Shown: piece by piece, positions 8,254 through 19,439 of the stretch
Numbering within the stretch: position 1 is the first letter of the stretch
Layout of the letters: each line of letters starts with the position of its first letter
Origin: Vicinamibacteria bacterium
GTDB lineage: Bacteria > Acidobacteriota > Vicinamibacteria > Marinacidobacterales > Marinacidobacteraceae
Assembly (NCBI GenBank): GCA_965199715.1
Contig: CBDATA010000001.1
Location: forward strand, 64,001 to 128,000
Reading direction: 5' to 3'
Length of the DNA: 64,000 nt
The notes under the pieces: model-generated
The model's database searches: none
What the model was told of the DNA's origin: nothing
Seen by the model: only the letters and a program-made list of their open reading frames with translations
Translations under genes and position numbers: made by a program

Positions 8254-10075
8254 GGGGCGCCTCGGCGCCCCGCGTCTCGCGATCCGCCTCACGCTGTGGA
8301 GCGTCGCGGTGATCGTGGCGCCGCTCGCGGCGGTGCTGGTCGTGGCGTACTCGAGCGTGCGCGAGACGACCGTGAACCGCACCTTCGACAGCCTCGACGC
8401 GCTCGCCGACGCGGCGCTCCTCCGCCCGCCCGAGGACCGCTCCGACCGCGGGCTCGCCGAGTGGGCGCTCGGGTTCGCGGCGAACGGGAAGGAGGAACGG
8501 GCCACGCCGTGGGAGGGCGACCGGCGGGTGACGCTCGTGACCCGGGAAGGCGTCGTGCTCGCCGACTCGCACAGCGAACCGGCTGCGATGGACAACCACG
8601 CCGACCGCCCCGAGATCGCCGCCGCGTTCGCGGACGGCTACGGGCGCTCCGAGCGGTTCAGCGACACCCGCGACGAGGATCTCACCTACGTCGCGGTCCG
8701 CCCCGACTGGCGTCCCGACCGCGTGGTCCGCCTGTCCTCGCCCGTGGTGGTGACCGCGGACGTCCTCGACGTCCTCGCGCCGGTCCTGCTCATCGCCGTG
8801 CTCGCGGCCGGGCTCGGCACCGGCGTGTCGTTCTGGTACTCGGGCCGGTTCTCCGCCCGGGTCGCCGCGATCTCCAGCTTCTCCGAGCGGGTGGCGGCGG
8901 GCGACTTCCGCCCGGCGAAGGTCTCGCCGGGCATGGACGAACTGGACGGGCTGGTCGCGTCGCTCAACCTCACCGCGGCGCGCCTCGACGAGAGCTTCCG
9001 GTCGCTCACCGCGGAGCGCAACCAAGGCGCCGCCATCCTGTCGAGCATGAGCGAGGGCGTCGCGGTTCTCGACCCGAAGCTGCGCATCCTCTACCTCAAC
9101 TCGGCGTTCCGCACGCTGCTGCGGCTCCCCGGCGACTCGTGGCAGGAGTTCGCCGGACGCAAGGCGAAGCGCGCGCTGCCCACGCCGCGCCTGTTTCGCA
9201 TGACCCGCCGCGCGCTCAAGGGGCGCCGCAACGAGATCGAGATCTCGATCGGCGAGCGCGAGATCCTCGCTCGCGCCGCTCCGGTCCGGGCGAGCCTGCC
9301 GGGACCCGCACCGGAGCCGGGAATCGAGCCGGACGCGCTGCTCGGGGCCGTGCTCGTGCTGACCGACGTGACCGAGCTGCACCGCCTCGAGCGGGTGCGC
9401 CGCGACTTCGTGGCCAACCTCTCGCACGAGCTCAAGACCCCGCTCACCTCGATCCAGGGATTCGCGGAGACGCTGATCGATGGCGGCGGCGCGAGCGAGG
9501 AGCAGCAGAAGCGGTTCCTCGGGCGCATCCACGAGCATGCGGTGCGGCTGTCGCGCATCACCGACGACCTGCTGCGCCTCGCCCGGATGGAGAGCGGCAA
9601 GCTGGAGCCCATCGTCCGGCCGGTGGCGGTCGGCGACCTGGTTCAGAGCGCGCTGGATTCGGCGAGGGTCAAGTCGGGCAACCGCACGCTCACGTTCACC
9701 GAAACGACCGGGGCCGGCGAGATCCGCACCGATCCCGACCTGCTCGCGGAAATCCTCCACAACCTCGTGGACAACGCCGTCCAGTACACCGGCGACGACG
9801 GCCGGATCGAGATCGAGGCCGCGCCCGCCGACGAGGACATGCTGCGCATCTCGGTCACCGACGACGGCGTGGGCATTCCGAAAAAGCACCACGAGCGCAT
9901 CTTCGAGCGCTTCTACCGGGTGGACCGGGCGCGGTCCCGGGAGGCGGGGGGCACCGGGCTCGGGCTCGCGATCACGCGGCACGCCGCCGAGCTTCTGGCC
10001 GGGCGGCTGAAGGTGAGCAGCGCTCCGGGCGAGGGCTCGAGCTTTTCGCTGTACCTGCCCCGGGGCGGCGACTGA
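8237..10075 (+). CDS. phoR: PhoR-type sensor histidine kinase (TM, sensor, HAMP, PAS, HisKA, HATPase)
   Basis: MDNHADRPEI sensor motif, RRDFVANLSHELKTPLTSI, NLVDNA, RIFERFYRVDRARSR..GGTGLGL. Confidence 0.88.
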   Translation: MAPTDRGRLGAPRLAIRLTLWSVAVIVAPLAAVLVVAYSSVRETTVNRTFDSLDALADAALLRPPEDRSDRGLAEWALGFAANGKEERATPWEGDRRVTLVTREGVVLADSHSEPAAMDNHADRPEIAAAFADGYGRSERFSDTRDEDLTYVAVRPDWRPDRVVRLSSPVVVTADVLDVLAPVLLIAVLAAGLGTGVSFWYSGRFSARVAAISSFSERVAAGDFRPAKVSPGMDELDGLVASLNLTAARLDESFRSLTAERNQGAAILSSMSEGVAVLDPKLRILYLNSAFRTLLRLPGDSWQEFAGRKAKRALPTPRLFRMTRRALKGRRNEIEISIGEREILARAAPVRASLPGPAPEPGIEPDALLGAVLVLTDVTELHRLERVRRDFVANLSHELKTPLTSIQGFAETLIDGGGASEEQQKRFLGRIHEHAVRLSRITDDLLRLARMESGKLEPIVRPVAVGDLVQSALDSARVKSGNRTLTFTETTGAGEIRTDPDLLAEILHNLVDNAVQYTGDDGRIEIEAAPADEDMLRISVTDDGVGIPKKHHERIFERFYRVDRARSREAGGTGLGLAITRHAAELLAGRLKVSSAPGEGSSFSLYLPRGGD

Positions 10076-10078
10076 TCC

Positions 10079-11953
10079 TCAGTTCGCGGGCGCGAACTCC
10101 AGCGCTCCGGTGAAGCGCTCCACCCGGACGAGCTGCGCCGGGAACCGGTCGCCGATCCGCCAGCGGCGCCCGGTCCGGCGGCCCCGCAGCGAATGGCTGC
10201 GGCGGTCGAACCGGAAGTCGTCGCCGGCGAGCAGGTCCATGGGTACGACTCCCGCCGCCGGGAAGTCCTCGACCTCGACGCCGACCCCGAACCGACCCAG
10301 CCCGGAAACAACCGCCGGAAAGACCTCGCCGAGCCGGCCCTCGAGCAGCGCCGCGATTCCCAGGTCCACGACGAGCCTCTCCGCGGCCTCGGCGGACCGC
10401 TCGGCGCGCGAGGAGCGGACCGCGAGGCGGTCGAGGTCGGGCGGCGGCTCGGCTCCGGCGAGCGCCCGGTGCGCGAGGAGGTCCGGGTAGCGCCGGATCG
10501 GCGAGGTGAAGTGGGCGTAGTCGGGCAGCGCCAGCGCGAAGTGGCCGAGCGGCCGGGGGTCGTACGCCGCCCGCTCGAGGCTCCGCAGGAGGCGCCGGCG
10601 CAGGAACGGCGCTTCCCGGCGATGGCGGATGCGTTCGAGGAGGCGGGCGAAGTGCGCCGGACGCAGCGGCTCTCCCGGCGCCCCGAGCCGTTCGCCGAAG
10701 GTCGCGAGCAGGTCGAGGAACCGGTCCCGGGCCGCCGGATCGGGAGCGCGATGGACCCGGTGGAGCGTCGGCGTCTCCCGCAGCCGCCGCGCGACGGCCT
10801 CGTTCGCGGCGAGCATGCACTCCTCGACTAGGCGGTGCGCCTCGTGCTCGACGACGATCCGGGCGTCCGCGACCGCGCCCGAGTCGTCCAGCACGAGTTC
10901 CCGCTCGGGCATTTCGAGATCCAGCGCGCCCCGCGCCCGCCGCGCCGTCCCGAGAGCGCGGGCGACCTCGCCCAGGGTGCGCACGGCTTCGGGGACTTCG
11001 CCCGGCGCGTCTCCCCCGAGCATGACCATGCCCTCGTCGTAGGCGAGGCGCGCCCGGCTGCGGATCACCCCCGCCGCGAACCGGGCGTCCTGAACCTGTC
11101 CGTCCCGCCCCACGCGCAGGACCACGGAACGGGTCAGCCGGTCCTCGTCGAGGCAAAGCGAGCAGATGCCTGAGGACAGCCGCTCCGGGAGCATCGGAAG
11201 GACGCGGCTCGGGAAGTACGCTGACCTCCCGCGCCGGGCGGCCTCGAGGTCCATGGGGCCGCCCGCCGGCACCCACGCGGCCACGTCGGCGATGTGCGCC
11301 TGAAGCTCGAAGGCGCCGTCCGACAGGCGCGAGGCCGAAAGCGCGTCGTCGTGGTCGCGGGCGTCGGCCGGATCGAGGGTAAGAACGGTCGCGGCGCGGA
11401 AATCCTCCCGCCCGGCGACGTGGGCGGGCGCGACCCGGGCCGGAACCCGCTCCGCCTCGTCGAGCGCGGCCCGCGGGAATTCGCTCCGAAGGCCGTGCCG
11501 GTGGATCGCCGCCGCGATCGCGGCGGGGAGTTCGCCGCGGCTCCCGAACACCCGCACGACGACGGCCGCAAGCCGCCCGCGGACGCTCTCGACCCGGACC
11601 GCCACGAGGTCGTCGGGCCGCGGGCGCTTCGTCACGGCGAGCGGAATCTCCCGCGTCCAGCGGCCCTCCCGCGCCACGACCCGGTCCCCGGCGCCCGAAA
11701 CGATCCCGACCAGCGGATCGGGGCTGCGGCGCACCACGCGCGCCACCGCCGCCTCGATCCGCCCGCGGCGGGTCCGGAAGAGCGGCTCGACCTCGACCAG
11801 GTCGCCCGGGAGGGCCGCACCCATCCGGCCCGCGGCGACGTGAAGGTCCTCGGCGTCCGGCCCATCGGGGTCTTCAGGGGCCACCCACCCGCCGCCGTCG
11901 GCGCTCCCCGAGAGCGCGCCCCGCATGAGGCGGGGGTCGGGGTCCGGGGACAC
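10079..11953 (-). CDS. rnr: Ribonuclease R / RNB family exoribonuclease (compact)
   Basis: TLDPADARDHDDA, HIADV, LCLDEDR, LVEECMLAAN, HFALALPDYAHFTSPIRRYPDL, C-terminal S1. Confidence 0.9.
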   Translation of the reverse strand: MSPDPDPRLMRGALSGSADGGGWVAPEDPDGPDAEDLHVAAGRMGAALPGDLVEVEPLFRTRRGRIEAAVARVVRRSPDPLVGIVSGAGDRVVAREGRWTREIPLAVTKRPRPDDLVAVRVESVRGRLAAVVVRVFGSRGELPAAIAAAIHRHGLRSEFPRAALDEAERVPARVAPAHVAGREDFRAATVLTLDPADARDHDDALSASRLSDGAFELQAHIADVAAWVPAGGPMDLEAARRGRSAYFPSRVLPMLPERLSSGICSLCLDEDRLTRSVVLRVGRDGQVQDARFAAGVIRSRARLAYDEGMVMLGGDAPGEVPEAVRTLGEVARALGTARRARGALDLEMPERELVLDDSGAVADARIVVEHEAHRLVEECMLAANEAVARRLRETPTLHRVHRAPDPAARDRFLDLLATFGERLGAPGEPLRPAHFARLLERIRHRREAPFLRRRLLRSLERAAYDPRPLGHFALALPDYAHFTSPIRRYPDLLAHRALAGAEPPPDLDRLAVRSSRAERSAEAAERLVVDLGIAALLEGRLGEVFPAVVSGLGRFGVGVEVEDFPAAGVVPMDLLAGDDFRFDRRSHSLRGRRTGRRWRIGDRFPAQLVRVERFTGALEFAPAN

Positions 11954-11983
11954 GCCCCGATGCTAGACTGCCCGCTTCCGCGT

Positions 11984-12070
11984 GCCGAAGTGGCGGAACG
12001 GCAGACGCGCTGCGTTCAGGACGCAGTACTCCCAGTGAGTGTCAGGGTTCAAATCCCTGCTTCGGCACCA
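11984..12070 (+). tRNA. tRNA-Leu(CAG)
   Basis: GCCGAAG/CTTCGGC acceptor stem, anticodon arm CTGCG-TTCAGGA-CGCAG, long variable arm, TTCAAAT T-loop, encoded ACCA end. Confidence 0.96.
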
Positions 12071-12087
12071 ATGCGCCCTGCGAGGCC

Positions 12088-13668
12088 TCAGCGGCCCTCC
12101 GGCTCGCGGACCGTCGGGTACTCGACGCCGAGCTGCTCCAGGTACGTGTCGTAACGCTCGGGGTCGTAGTGGAACGGCCGCATCGCCTCCCGGAACGCGC
12201 CCTGGCGATCCTCGTTCAGGTGGATGGCCGGCGGGTCGTCGGGACCGACGAGCGGCGTGTACTGATGCTCCGCCGTCTGCTCGGCGAAATACTCCTGCAC
12301 GGCCGGAAGCAGCTCGGCGTTGAGGAAGAGGTCCATCAGCGTCATCGCGACGACGCGGGCGCCGGCCTGCGCTCCCTTGTGGGCGATGGGAGTCGCCATC
12401 GCCACCGCGTTGGCCCAGTGGTGTCCGGGGCCGCCGGGAATGTTCGCCGGGTATCGGAGGGTGACCGTGGGGACGGTCCACGAGATGTCCCCGATGTCGT
12501 CCGAGCCCCCGCCGAGCCGGGGTTCGGAGACCGGACCGCGGATCTCGCCGAGTTCCGTGGGCAGCCCGCGCTCCTCGACCCCGAGCTCGCGCTGGAGTCC
12601 CGTCGCGAGCGTCTGGTCCGCCTCGCTCCACTCGGGCAGGCCGACCCGCTCGATGTTGGCCCACACGGCCTCGGCGAGCGGCTTGTTGAAATGCCGCGGA
12701 TAGGCGTGGCCGAGGATCCGCCACGAGACCTCGGTGGAGGTCATCGCCGCCGCCGCCCCGGCCATGGTGTTGCCGAGCTCGTAGAGCTCCTTCATCCCCT
12801 CCTGCTCCAGCTCCCGGAAGTAGTACCAGACCGACGCTTCCTGCGGGACCACGTTCGGCTGGTCGCCGCCGTTGGTGATGACGTAGTGGGAGCGGTGCGG
12901 CAGCCGAAGGTGCTCGCGCTTGAAATTCCACGCCGTGTTCATGATCTCCACGGCGTCGAGGGCGCTCCGCCCGCGCCACGGCGCGCCCGCCGAGTGCGCC
13001 GCCTCGCCGGAGAACGTGTACTCCACCGAGACCAGCCCATTCCCGCCGGCCTGCCCCCAGCTCACGCCGAACTGGCTCGAAACATGGGTGAACACGCAAG
13101 CGTCCACGTCGTCGAAGTGTCCGTCCCGCACGAACCAGGCCTTGGTCCCCACGACCTCCTCGGCGACGCCCGGCCATATCACGATGGTGCCCGGGATGTT
13201 CTCCCGCTCCATGACTTCCTTGGCCGCGAGGGCTCCGGCGATGATGACCGCCTGGCCGGAGTTGTGTCCCTCGCCATGGCCGGGCGCGCCCGACACCAGC
13301 GGGTCGCGGTACGCCACGCCCGGCTTCTGGGACGACTTGGGGATCCCGTCGATGTCGCTGCCGAGCGCGATCACCGGCCCTCCCGAGCCCCACCGCGCGA
13401 ACCACGCGGTCGGGATGCCCGAAACGCCCTCCTCGACCTCGAAACCGTTCTCCCGCAGCACTCCCACGAGGTAGCGGGAGGTCTCGCGCTCCTGGAATCC
13501 AAGCTCGCCGAAGCTGAAGACCGAGTCCACCATGACCTGCACGAGCTTGGCCCGCTCGGCGGCGCCCTGGTCGGCGACCGAGCGCAGCGCGGCGAGATCC
13601 TGCGCCGCCGCCGGAGCCGCGAGGCCGGCGAGAAGCGTCAGCGCGAGGGGAAGATGGCGGGTACGCAT
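12088..13668 (-). CDS. Secreted M20 family amidohydrolase (AbgB-like)
   Basis: Signal peptide, ELGFQE, SDIDGIP, GHGEGHN, AEE, GEAAHSAGAPWRGRSALDAVE, GGSDDIGDISW. Confidence 0.88.
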   Translation of the reverse strand: MRTRHLPLALTLLAGLAAPAAAQDLAALRSVADQGAAERAKLVQVMVDSVFSFGELGFQERETSRYLVGVLRENGFEVEEGVSGIPTAWFARWGSGGPVIALGSDIDGIPKSSQKPGVAYRDPLVSGAPGHGEGHNSGQAVIIAGALAAKEVMERENIPGTIVIWPGVAEEVVGTKAWFVRDGHFDDVDACVFTHVSSQFGVSWGQAGGNGLVSVEYTFSGEAAHSAGAPWRGRSALDAVEIMNTAWNFKREHLRLPHRSHYVITNGGDQPNVVPQEASVWYYFRELEQEGMKELYELGNTMAGAAAAMTSTEVSWRILGHAYPRHFNKPLAEAVWANIERVGLPEWSEADQTLATGLQRELGVEERGLPTELGEIRGPVSEPRLGGGSDDIGDISWTVPTVTLRYPANIPGGPGHHWANAVAMATPIAHKGAQAGARVVAMTLMDLFLNAELLPAVQEYFAEQTAEHQYTPLVGPDDPPAIHLNEDRQGAFREAMRPFHYDPERYDTYLEQLGVEYPTVREPEGR

Positions 13669-13764
13669 GGGATCCTCCGGCGAAACCGCCGAGTATAGGA
13701 GGCAGCCGCTACACTTCGCTCGCCTGGCCGGATCGGTACGGGCCGGCCACCCCCAAGGGGCGCT

Positions 13765-13846
13765 GCGAAAGTGGCGGAACCGGCAGACGCGCTGGATTTA
13801 GGTTCCAGTGGGGCAACCCGTGGGGGTTCGAATCCCCCCTTTCGCA
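13765..13846 (+). tRNA. tRNA-Leu(TAG)
   Basis: GCGAAAG/CTTTCGC stem, CTGGA-TTTAGGT-TCCAG anticodon arm, GGGGCAACCC variable arm, GTTCGAATC; CCA not encoded; directly upstream of tig. Confidence 0.96.
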
Positions 13847-13874
13847 GCCGTCCGCCCGGGCTCCCGCAAAAAAG

Positions 13875-15206
13875 ATGAGCCCATCCCCGACCAGCCCCAT
13901 CGAGGGCCTCGAGGCCGAGCTGGTGGAGGAGCGCCAGAGCTTCCGCGCCATCCGGGTGACGATCCCCGCCGACGAGTACGAGAAGGCGACCCGCGCCGAG
14001 CTCGCGAAGATCCGCCGCAAGGTCACCATCCGCGGGTTCCGCAAGGGCAAGGCGCCGTGGACGGTGGTGGACCGGGCCTACGGCGCGGAAGCGGCCGGCG
14101 ACGCCGCGGACGCGCTGCTCAAGCAAGCCGGCGGGGAGTGCCTCGCCCGCTTCGAGCTCCGCCCGGTGGCGCCGGTGACCGCCGCCGCCGAAACCGACGA
14201 GCGGGGCGGTCCGCTCGTGGGGCGCGTCGAGGTGAGCGTCGATCCCGGGCTCGAGTCCATCGACGCGGACGGCCTCGAGGTCCGCGCCGAGACCACGCCC
14301 GTTCAGGAGGAGCAGATCCAGGCCGTGCTGGAGAACATCCGGCGCGAGCGCGCCCAGCTAGGGCCGGTGGGGCCGAAGGGTCTCGCCGACGGGGACGTCG
14401 TGGAGGCCGATCTGGAGGAGACCGAGCTCGACGAGTCGGGCGAGCCCCGCCACCGCGCGCCGCCCCGGCTCGTGCCCGGAATCCGCCTTGGAGTGGGGGA
14501 GGACCACTACCACCCCGCGCTCCACGAGGCGCTGCAGGGCGCGCGGGACGGCGACACGGTGACCGCGACCGTGCGTTTCGACGCGCGGATCCCGGACCAG
14601 GAGCGCGCCGGCCGCGCGTACCGGGTGCGCGCCACCGTGAAGCAGGCGCTCAGCCCGATTCCGCCGCCGATCGACGACGCCTTCGCGCAGGCGCTCGGCA
14701 AGGACTCGCTGCTCGCGCTGCGCGGGGACGTCCGGGATCGGCTGCGGGAAGAGAACCGGATCCGCGACGAACGGGCGCTCGACGCCCGGATTCTCGAGGC
14801 GCTGCGCGAGAAGAACCCGGTGGAGCCGCCGCCGGGGGTGGTCGAGCAGGGCGTCGAGGCCGAGGTCCGCGAGATCGCCGCGCAGTTGGCCCGGTCCGGG
14901 CGGGACGTGTCGCAGGACGAGGAAGCGTTCCGCAAGCTCATCGAGAGCGTGCGCGCCCGCGTCGAGGCCGACGTCGCCTACGGCATCCTGCTGGACACGC
15001 TGGTGAGGCAGGAGGGCATCGAGCATTCCGAGGAGGAGTTCGACGCCGCCGTGGAGGCGGAGGCCCGGGCGCGGGGCCAGTCGGCGGCCGTCGTCCGCGC
15101 CAAGATGAAGGCGCGCGACGAACTGCGCCTGAAGATCCTGCTCCGAAGAGCCGCGGCCCGGCGGTTCCTGCGCGAACGCGCCACCATTCACCGCCAGTCC
15201 CCCTGA
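13875..15206 (+). CDS. tig: Trigger factor
   Basis: Ribosome-binding signature [10 protein letters not shown]; 443 aa; upstream of clpP-clpX. Confidence 0.92.
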   Translation: MSPSPTSPIEGLEAELVEERQSFRAIRVTIPADEYEKATRAELAKIRRKVTIRGFRKGKAPWTVVDRAYGAEAAGDAADALLKQAGGECLARFELRPVAPVTAAAETDERGGPLVGRVEVSVDPGLESIDADGLEVRAETTPVQEEQIQAVLENIRRERAQLGPVGPKGLADGDVVEADLEETELDESGEPRHRAPPRLVPGIRLGVGEDHYHPALHEALQGARDGDTVTATVRFDARIPDQERAGRAYRVRATVKQALSPIPPPIDDAFAQALGKDSLLALRGDVRDRLREENRIRDERALDARILEALREKNPVEPPPGVVEQGVEAEVREIAAQLARSGRDVSQDEEAFRKLIESVRARVEADVAYGILLDTLVRQEGIEHSEEEFDAAVEAEARARGQSAAVVRAKMKARDELRLKILLRRAAARRFLRERATIHRQSP

Positions 15207-15211
15207 CCCCC

Positions 15212-15805
15212 ATGCCCAGCAACCTTCTCATCCCCCACGTCATAGAGCAGACCGGCCGCGGCGAGCGCGCCTACGACATCTACTCGCGGCTGCTCAAGGA
15301 CAACATCATCTTCATCGGGGACCAGATCGACGACCCGCTCGCGAACCTCGTGGTGGCCCAGCTCCTCTACCTCGAAGCCGAGGACCCGGAGAAGGAAATC
15401 TCCGTGTACCTCAACTGTCCGGGCGGATCGGTGACCGCCGGTCTCGCGATCTACGACACGCTGCGGTTCATCCGCCCCGACGTGACCACCTACTGCCTGG
15501 GGCAGGCGTCCAGCATGGGCGCGGTGCTGCTCGCCGCGGGCGCTCCGGGCAAGCGGCACGCGCTCCCGAACGCGACCGTGATGATCCACCAGCCGCTCGG
15601 CGGCGCGCGGGGCACCGCCGCGGACATCCAGATCCAGGCCAACGAGATCGTCCGCGTCCGGACCCGGCTGACCGCGATCCTCGCGCACCACACCGGGCGC
15701 CCGGCCGGGGAGATCGCCCGGGACATCGACCGCGATCGGTTCATGACCGCCGACGAGGCGCGCGATTACGGGATCGTGGACCACGTCATCGCCCGGCGCT
15801 CCTGA
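15212..15805 (+). CDS. clpP: ATP-dependent Clp protease proteolytic subunit
   Basis: [38 protein letters not shown]. Confidence 0.96.
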   Translation: MPSNLLIPHVIEQTGRGERAYDIYSRLLKDNIIFIGDQIDDPLANLVVAQLLYLEAEDPEKEISVYLNCPGGSVTAGLAIYDTLRFIRPDVTTYCLGQASSMGAVLLAAGAPGKRHALPNATVMIHQPLGGARGTAADIQIQANEIVRVRTRLTAILAHHTGRPAGEIARDIDRDRFMTADEARDYGIVDHVIARRS

Positions 15806-15867
15806 GCCTCGGCCGGACCGGCCGGCGCTAGAATCCGCACGGGGCGCAACGGAAAAGGAGTTCCTGC

Positions 15868-17133
<1,266 letters not shown>

Positions 17134-17166
17134 CGGGACGAGCGGATCGCGCCGGTCCACGGATCC

Positions 17167-17787
17167 ATGACCCAGGGGAAGCGGAACGCCTGCCTGCTCG
17201 GCAGCGCCGCCGGTCCGGAGGGGTTCCCGAACCCGGTCCTGCCGGAAGTGGCCTTCGTGGGGCGGTCGAACGTGGGCAAGTCCACGCTGCTGAACCGGCT
17301 GGCCGGACAGCGGGGACTGGCGCGGGTCTCGCGGACTCCCGGGCGCACGCGCCTCGTCCACTTTTTCGAAATCCCCGGCTCGCATCGCCTGGTGGACCTT
17401 CCGGGCTACGGCTTCGCCAAGGTTCCCGAAACCATGCGCGCGAGCTGGCGCAAGCTCGTGCTGTCGTACCTGGTCGGGCGGACCGGGCTCGCGCTCAGCT
17501 TGCTGCTCGTGGACCTGAGGCGCGACCCGGCGGACCTCGACCTGGCGGCGCTGGAGCTTCTTCGGCGCAGCGGCCATCCGGTCGCGATCGTCGCGACCAA
17601 GACCGACAAGCTGGGAGTCGGCGCGGCCTCGACCCGCCTGCGGAAGCTGCGGACGGAGCTCGGCGACGGCGGCAAGCGCCCGGTGATCGCGTGGTCGTCG
17701 GTCTCGAGGTCGCAGCACCCGGTCGCGCGCGGCGGGCTCGACGACATCCACCGGCTGATCTCGGGGAGGGTGGCCGCTTGGCGTTGA
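17167..17787 (+). CDS. engB: Ribosome biogenesis GTPase EngB/YihA
   Basis: PEVAFVGRSNVGKS, SRTPGRT, DLPGYG, TKTDK. Confidence 0.94.
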   Translation: MTQGKRNACLLGSAAGPEGFPNPVLPEVAFVGRSNVGKSTLLNRLAGQRGLARVSRTPGRTRLVHFFEIPGSHRLVDLPGYGFAKVPETMRASWRKLVLSYLVGRTGLALSLLLVDLRRDPADLDLAALELLRRSGHPVAIVATKTDKLGVGAASTRLRKLRTELGDGGKRPVIAWSSVSRSQHPVARGGLDDIHRLISGRVAAWR

Positions 17788-19145
17788 GCGCCGGGCCGCG
17801 CCGCCCGAGGTGGCGCCGCCGCAAGGTCTTCCGCTCCGGCCCCCGGGTGCTGGAGAAGACCGCAGCCCCGGCGGTCGGCGATCTGGACGTCGCGGAGCTC
17901 GCGGCCAGGGGGCCGGAGAAGCTCCACGAGCTCGCGGCCGCGCTCGGGATCGATGCGCCCGACTCCTTCCCGAGGATCGAGATCATCCACCGCATCCTGA
18001 CCGCGCACGTGGCGCGGGGCGGCAGGGCCCTCGCCCGGGGCGCGTTCTACCGGCTCGTGGAGGGCTTCGGCTTCCTGCGCCCGCCGATCCGCTCGTACCT
18101 GCCCGGACCGAACGACGTGTACGTCTCGGCGGCGCAGATCCGCCGCTTCGGGCTGCGCGACGGAGACATGCTCCACGGCGAGATCCGCCGCCCCCGCTCC
18201 GGCGAGCGCTACTTCGGGCTGGCCGACCTGCTCGAGGTGAACGGCGCTCCCGCGGAGACCCATCCCGAGCGCGTGGAGTTCGAGAGCCTCGTGGCCCTCC
18301 ATCCGGACCGGATGATCCGGCTGGAGAACGGGCGCGAGGACCTGGCGGCGCGGATCGTGGACCTCGTGGCGCCGATCGGGGTCGGCCAGCGCGGGCTGAT
18401 CGTGGCGCCGCCGCGGGCCGGAAAGACGGTGATGCTCCAGTCCATCGCCAACGCGATCAAGCGGAACCACCCCGACATGGCGCTGTACGTGCTGCTCGTG
18501 GACGAGCGCCCCGAGGAGGTCTCCGACATGACGCGCAACGTCGGGGCCGAGGTGCTGAGCTCCACGTTCGACGAACGCGGCAGCCGGCACATCCAGGTCG
18601 CCGAGTCGCTCATGTCGCGCGCCCGGAGGCAGGTGGAGCTCGGGCGGGACGTGGTCATCCTGCTGGACTCGCTGACCCGTCTCGCCCGCGCCTACAACCA
18701 CAGCTCGGCGGCGTCCGAGGGACGACTGCTCTCGGGAGGCATGGACGCGAACGCGATCCAGCACCCCAAGCGCTTCTTCGGCGCGGCGCGCAACGTCGAG
18801 GACGGCGGCTCGCTGACCATCCTCGCGACCGCGCTGGTCGATACCGGGAGCCGTCTCGACGACCTCGTGTACGAGGAGTTCAAGGGCACCGGCAACCTCG
18901 AGATCCATCTCAGCCAGGAGCTGCTCGAAAAGCGCCTCTTCCCGGCGATTGACATCCACCAGAGCGGCACCCGGCGCGAGGAGATGCTGCTCACTCCCGA
19001 GGAGCACCGCCGGATGACCGTGCTTCGCCGGGTGGTATCCGAGATGGAGCCGGTGGACGCCATGGAGCTCGTCATCGACCGGATGAAGGCGACCGACTCG
19101 AACGCGCATTTCCTCGACTCGATGGCGCAGCAGGGCGGAAGCTGA
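17778..19145 (+). CDS. rho: Transcription termination factor Rho
   Basis: GFGFLR, DVYVS, GQRGLIVAPPRAGKT, DERPEEV, LDSLTRLARAYN, EEFKGTGN; start TTG 17778 (SD GGAGG) or TTG 17784. Confidence 0.95.
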   Translation: MALSAGPRRPRWRRRKVFRSGPRVLEKTAAPAVGDLDVAELAARGPEKLHELAAALGIDAPDSFPRIEIIHRILTAHVARGGRALARGAFYRLVEGFGFLRPPIRSYLPGPNDVYVSAAQIRRFGLRDGDMLHGEIRRPRSGERYFGLADLLEVNGAPAETHPERVEFESLVALHPDRMIRLENGREDLAARIVDLVAPIGVGQRGLIVAPPRAGKTVMLQSIANAIKRNHPDMALYVLLVDERPEEVSDMTRNVGAEVLSSTFDERGSRHIQVAESLMSRARRQVELGRDVVILLDSLTRLARAYNHSSAASEGRLLSGGMDANAIQHPKRFFGAARNVEDGGSLTILATALVDTGSRLDDLVYEEFKGTGNLEIHLSQELLEKRLFPAIDIHQSGTRREEMLLTPEEHRRMTVLRRVVSEMEPVDAMELVIDRMKATDSNAHFLDSMAQQGGS

Positions 19146-19168
19146 TCCGCTGCTAGAATGCCCGCGCC

Positions 19169-19396
19169 ATGCGCGCCGGAATTCATCCCGAGTACAAGGA
19201 AATCCGGGTGAACTGCGCCTGCGGCCACAGCTTCACGACCCGCTCGACCCGGGGGAGCGACCTGAGCCTCGAGATCTGCTCCCAGTGCCACCCCTTCTTC
19301 ACCGGCAAGCAGCGGATCGTGGACTCGACCGGTCGAGTGGAACGCTTCCGGCAGAAGTACGGCCAGGTCCGCTCCAAGCGGGCCCGGGCCAGCTAA
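19169..19396 (+). CDS. rpmE: 50S ribosomal protein L31 (zinc-binding C+ form)
   Basis: [28 protein letters not shown]. Confidence 0.97.
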   Translation: MRAGIHPEYKEIRVNCACGHSFTTRSTRGSDLSLEICSQCHPFFTGKQRIVDSTGRVERFRQKYGQVRSKRARAS

Positions 19397-19439
19397 CCCC
19401 CGCGGCGCAGCACCGCTTCCCCGGGGGATGGTTCCCGTC

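Noticed and set aside
11984-13846. M20 gene between two tRNA-Leu genes as a possible integrated element
   Set aside because: No integrase and no duplicated tRNA 3' end; the tRNAs are different isoacceptors.
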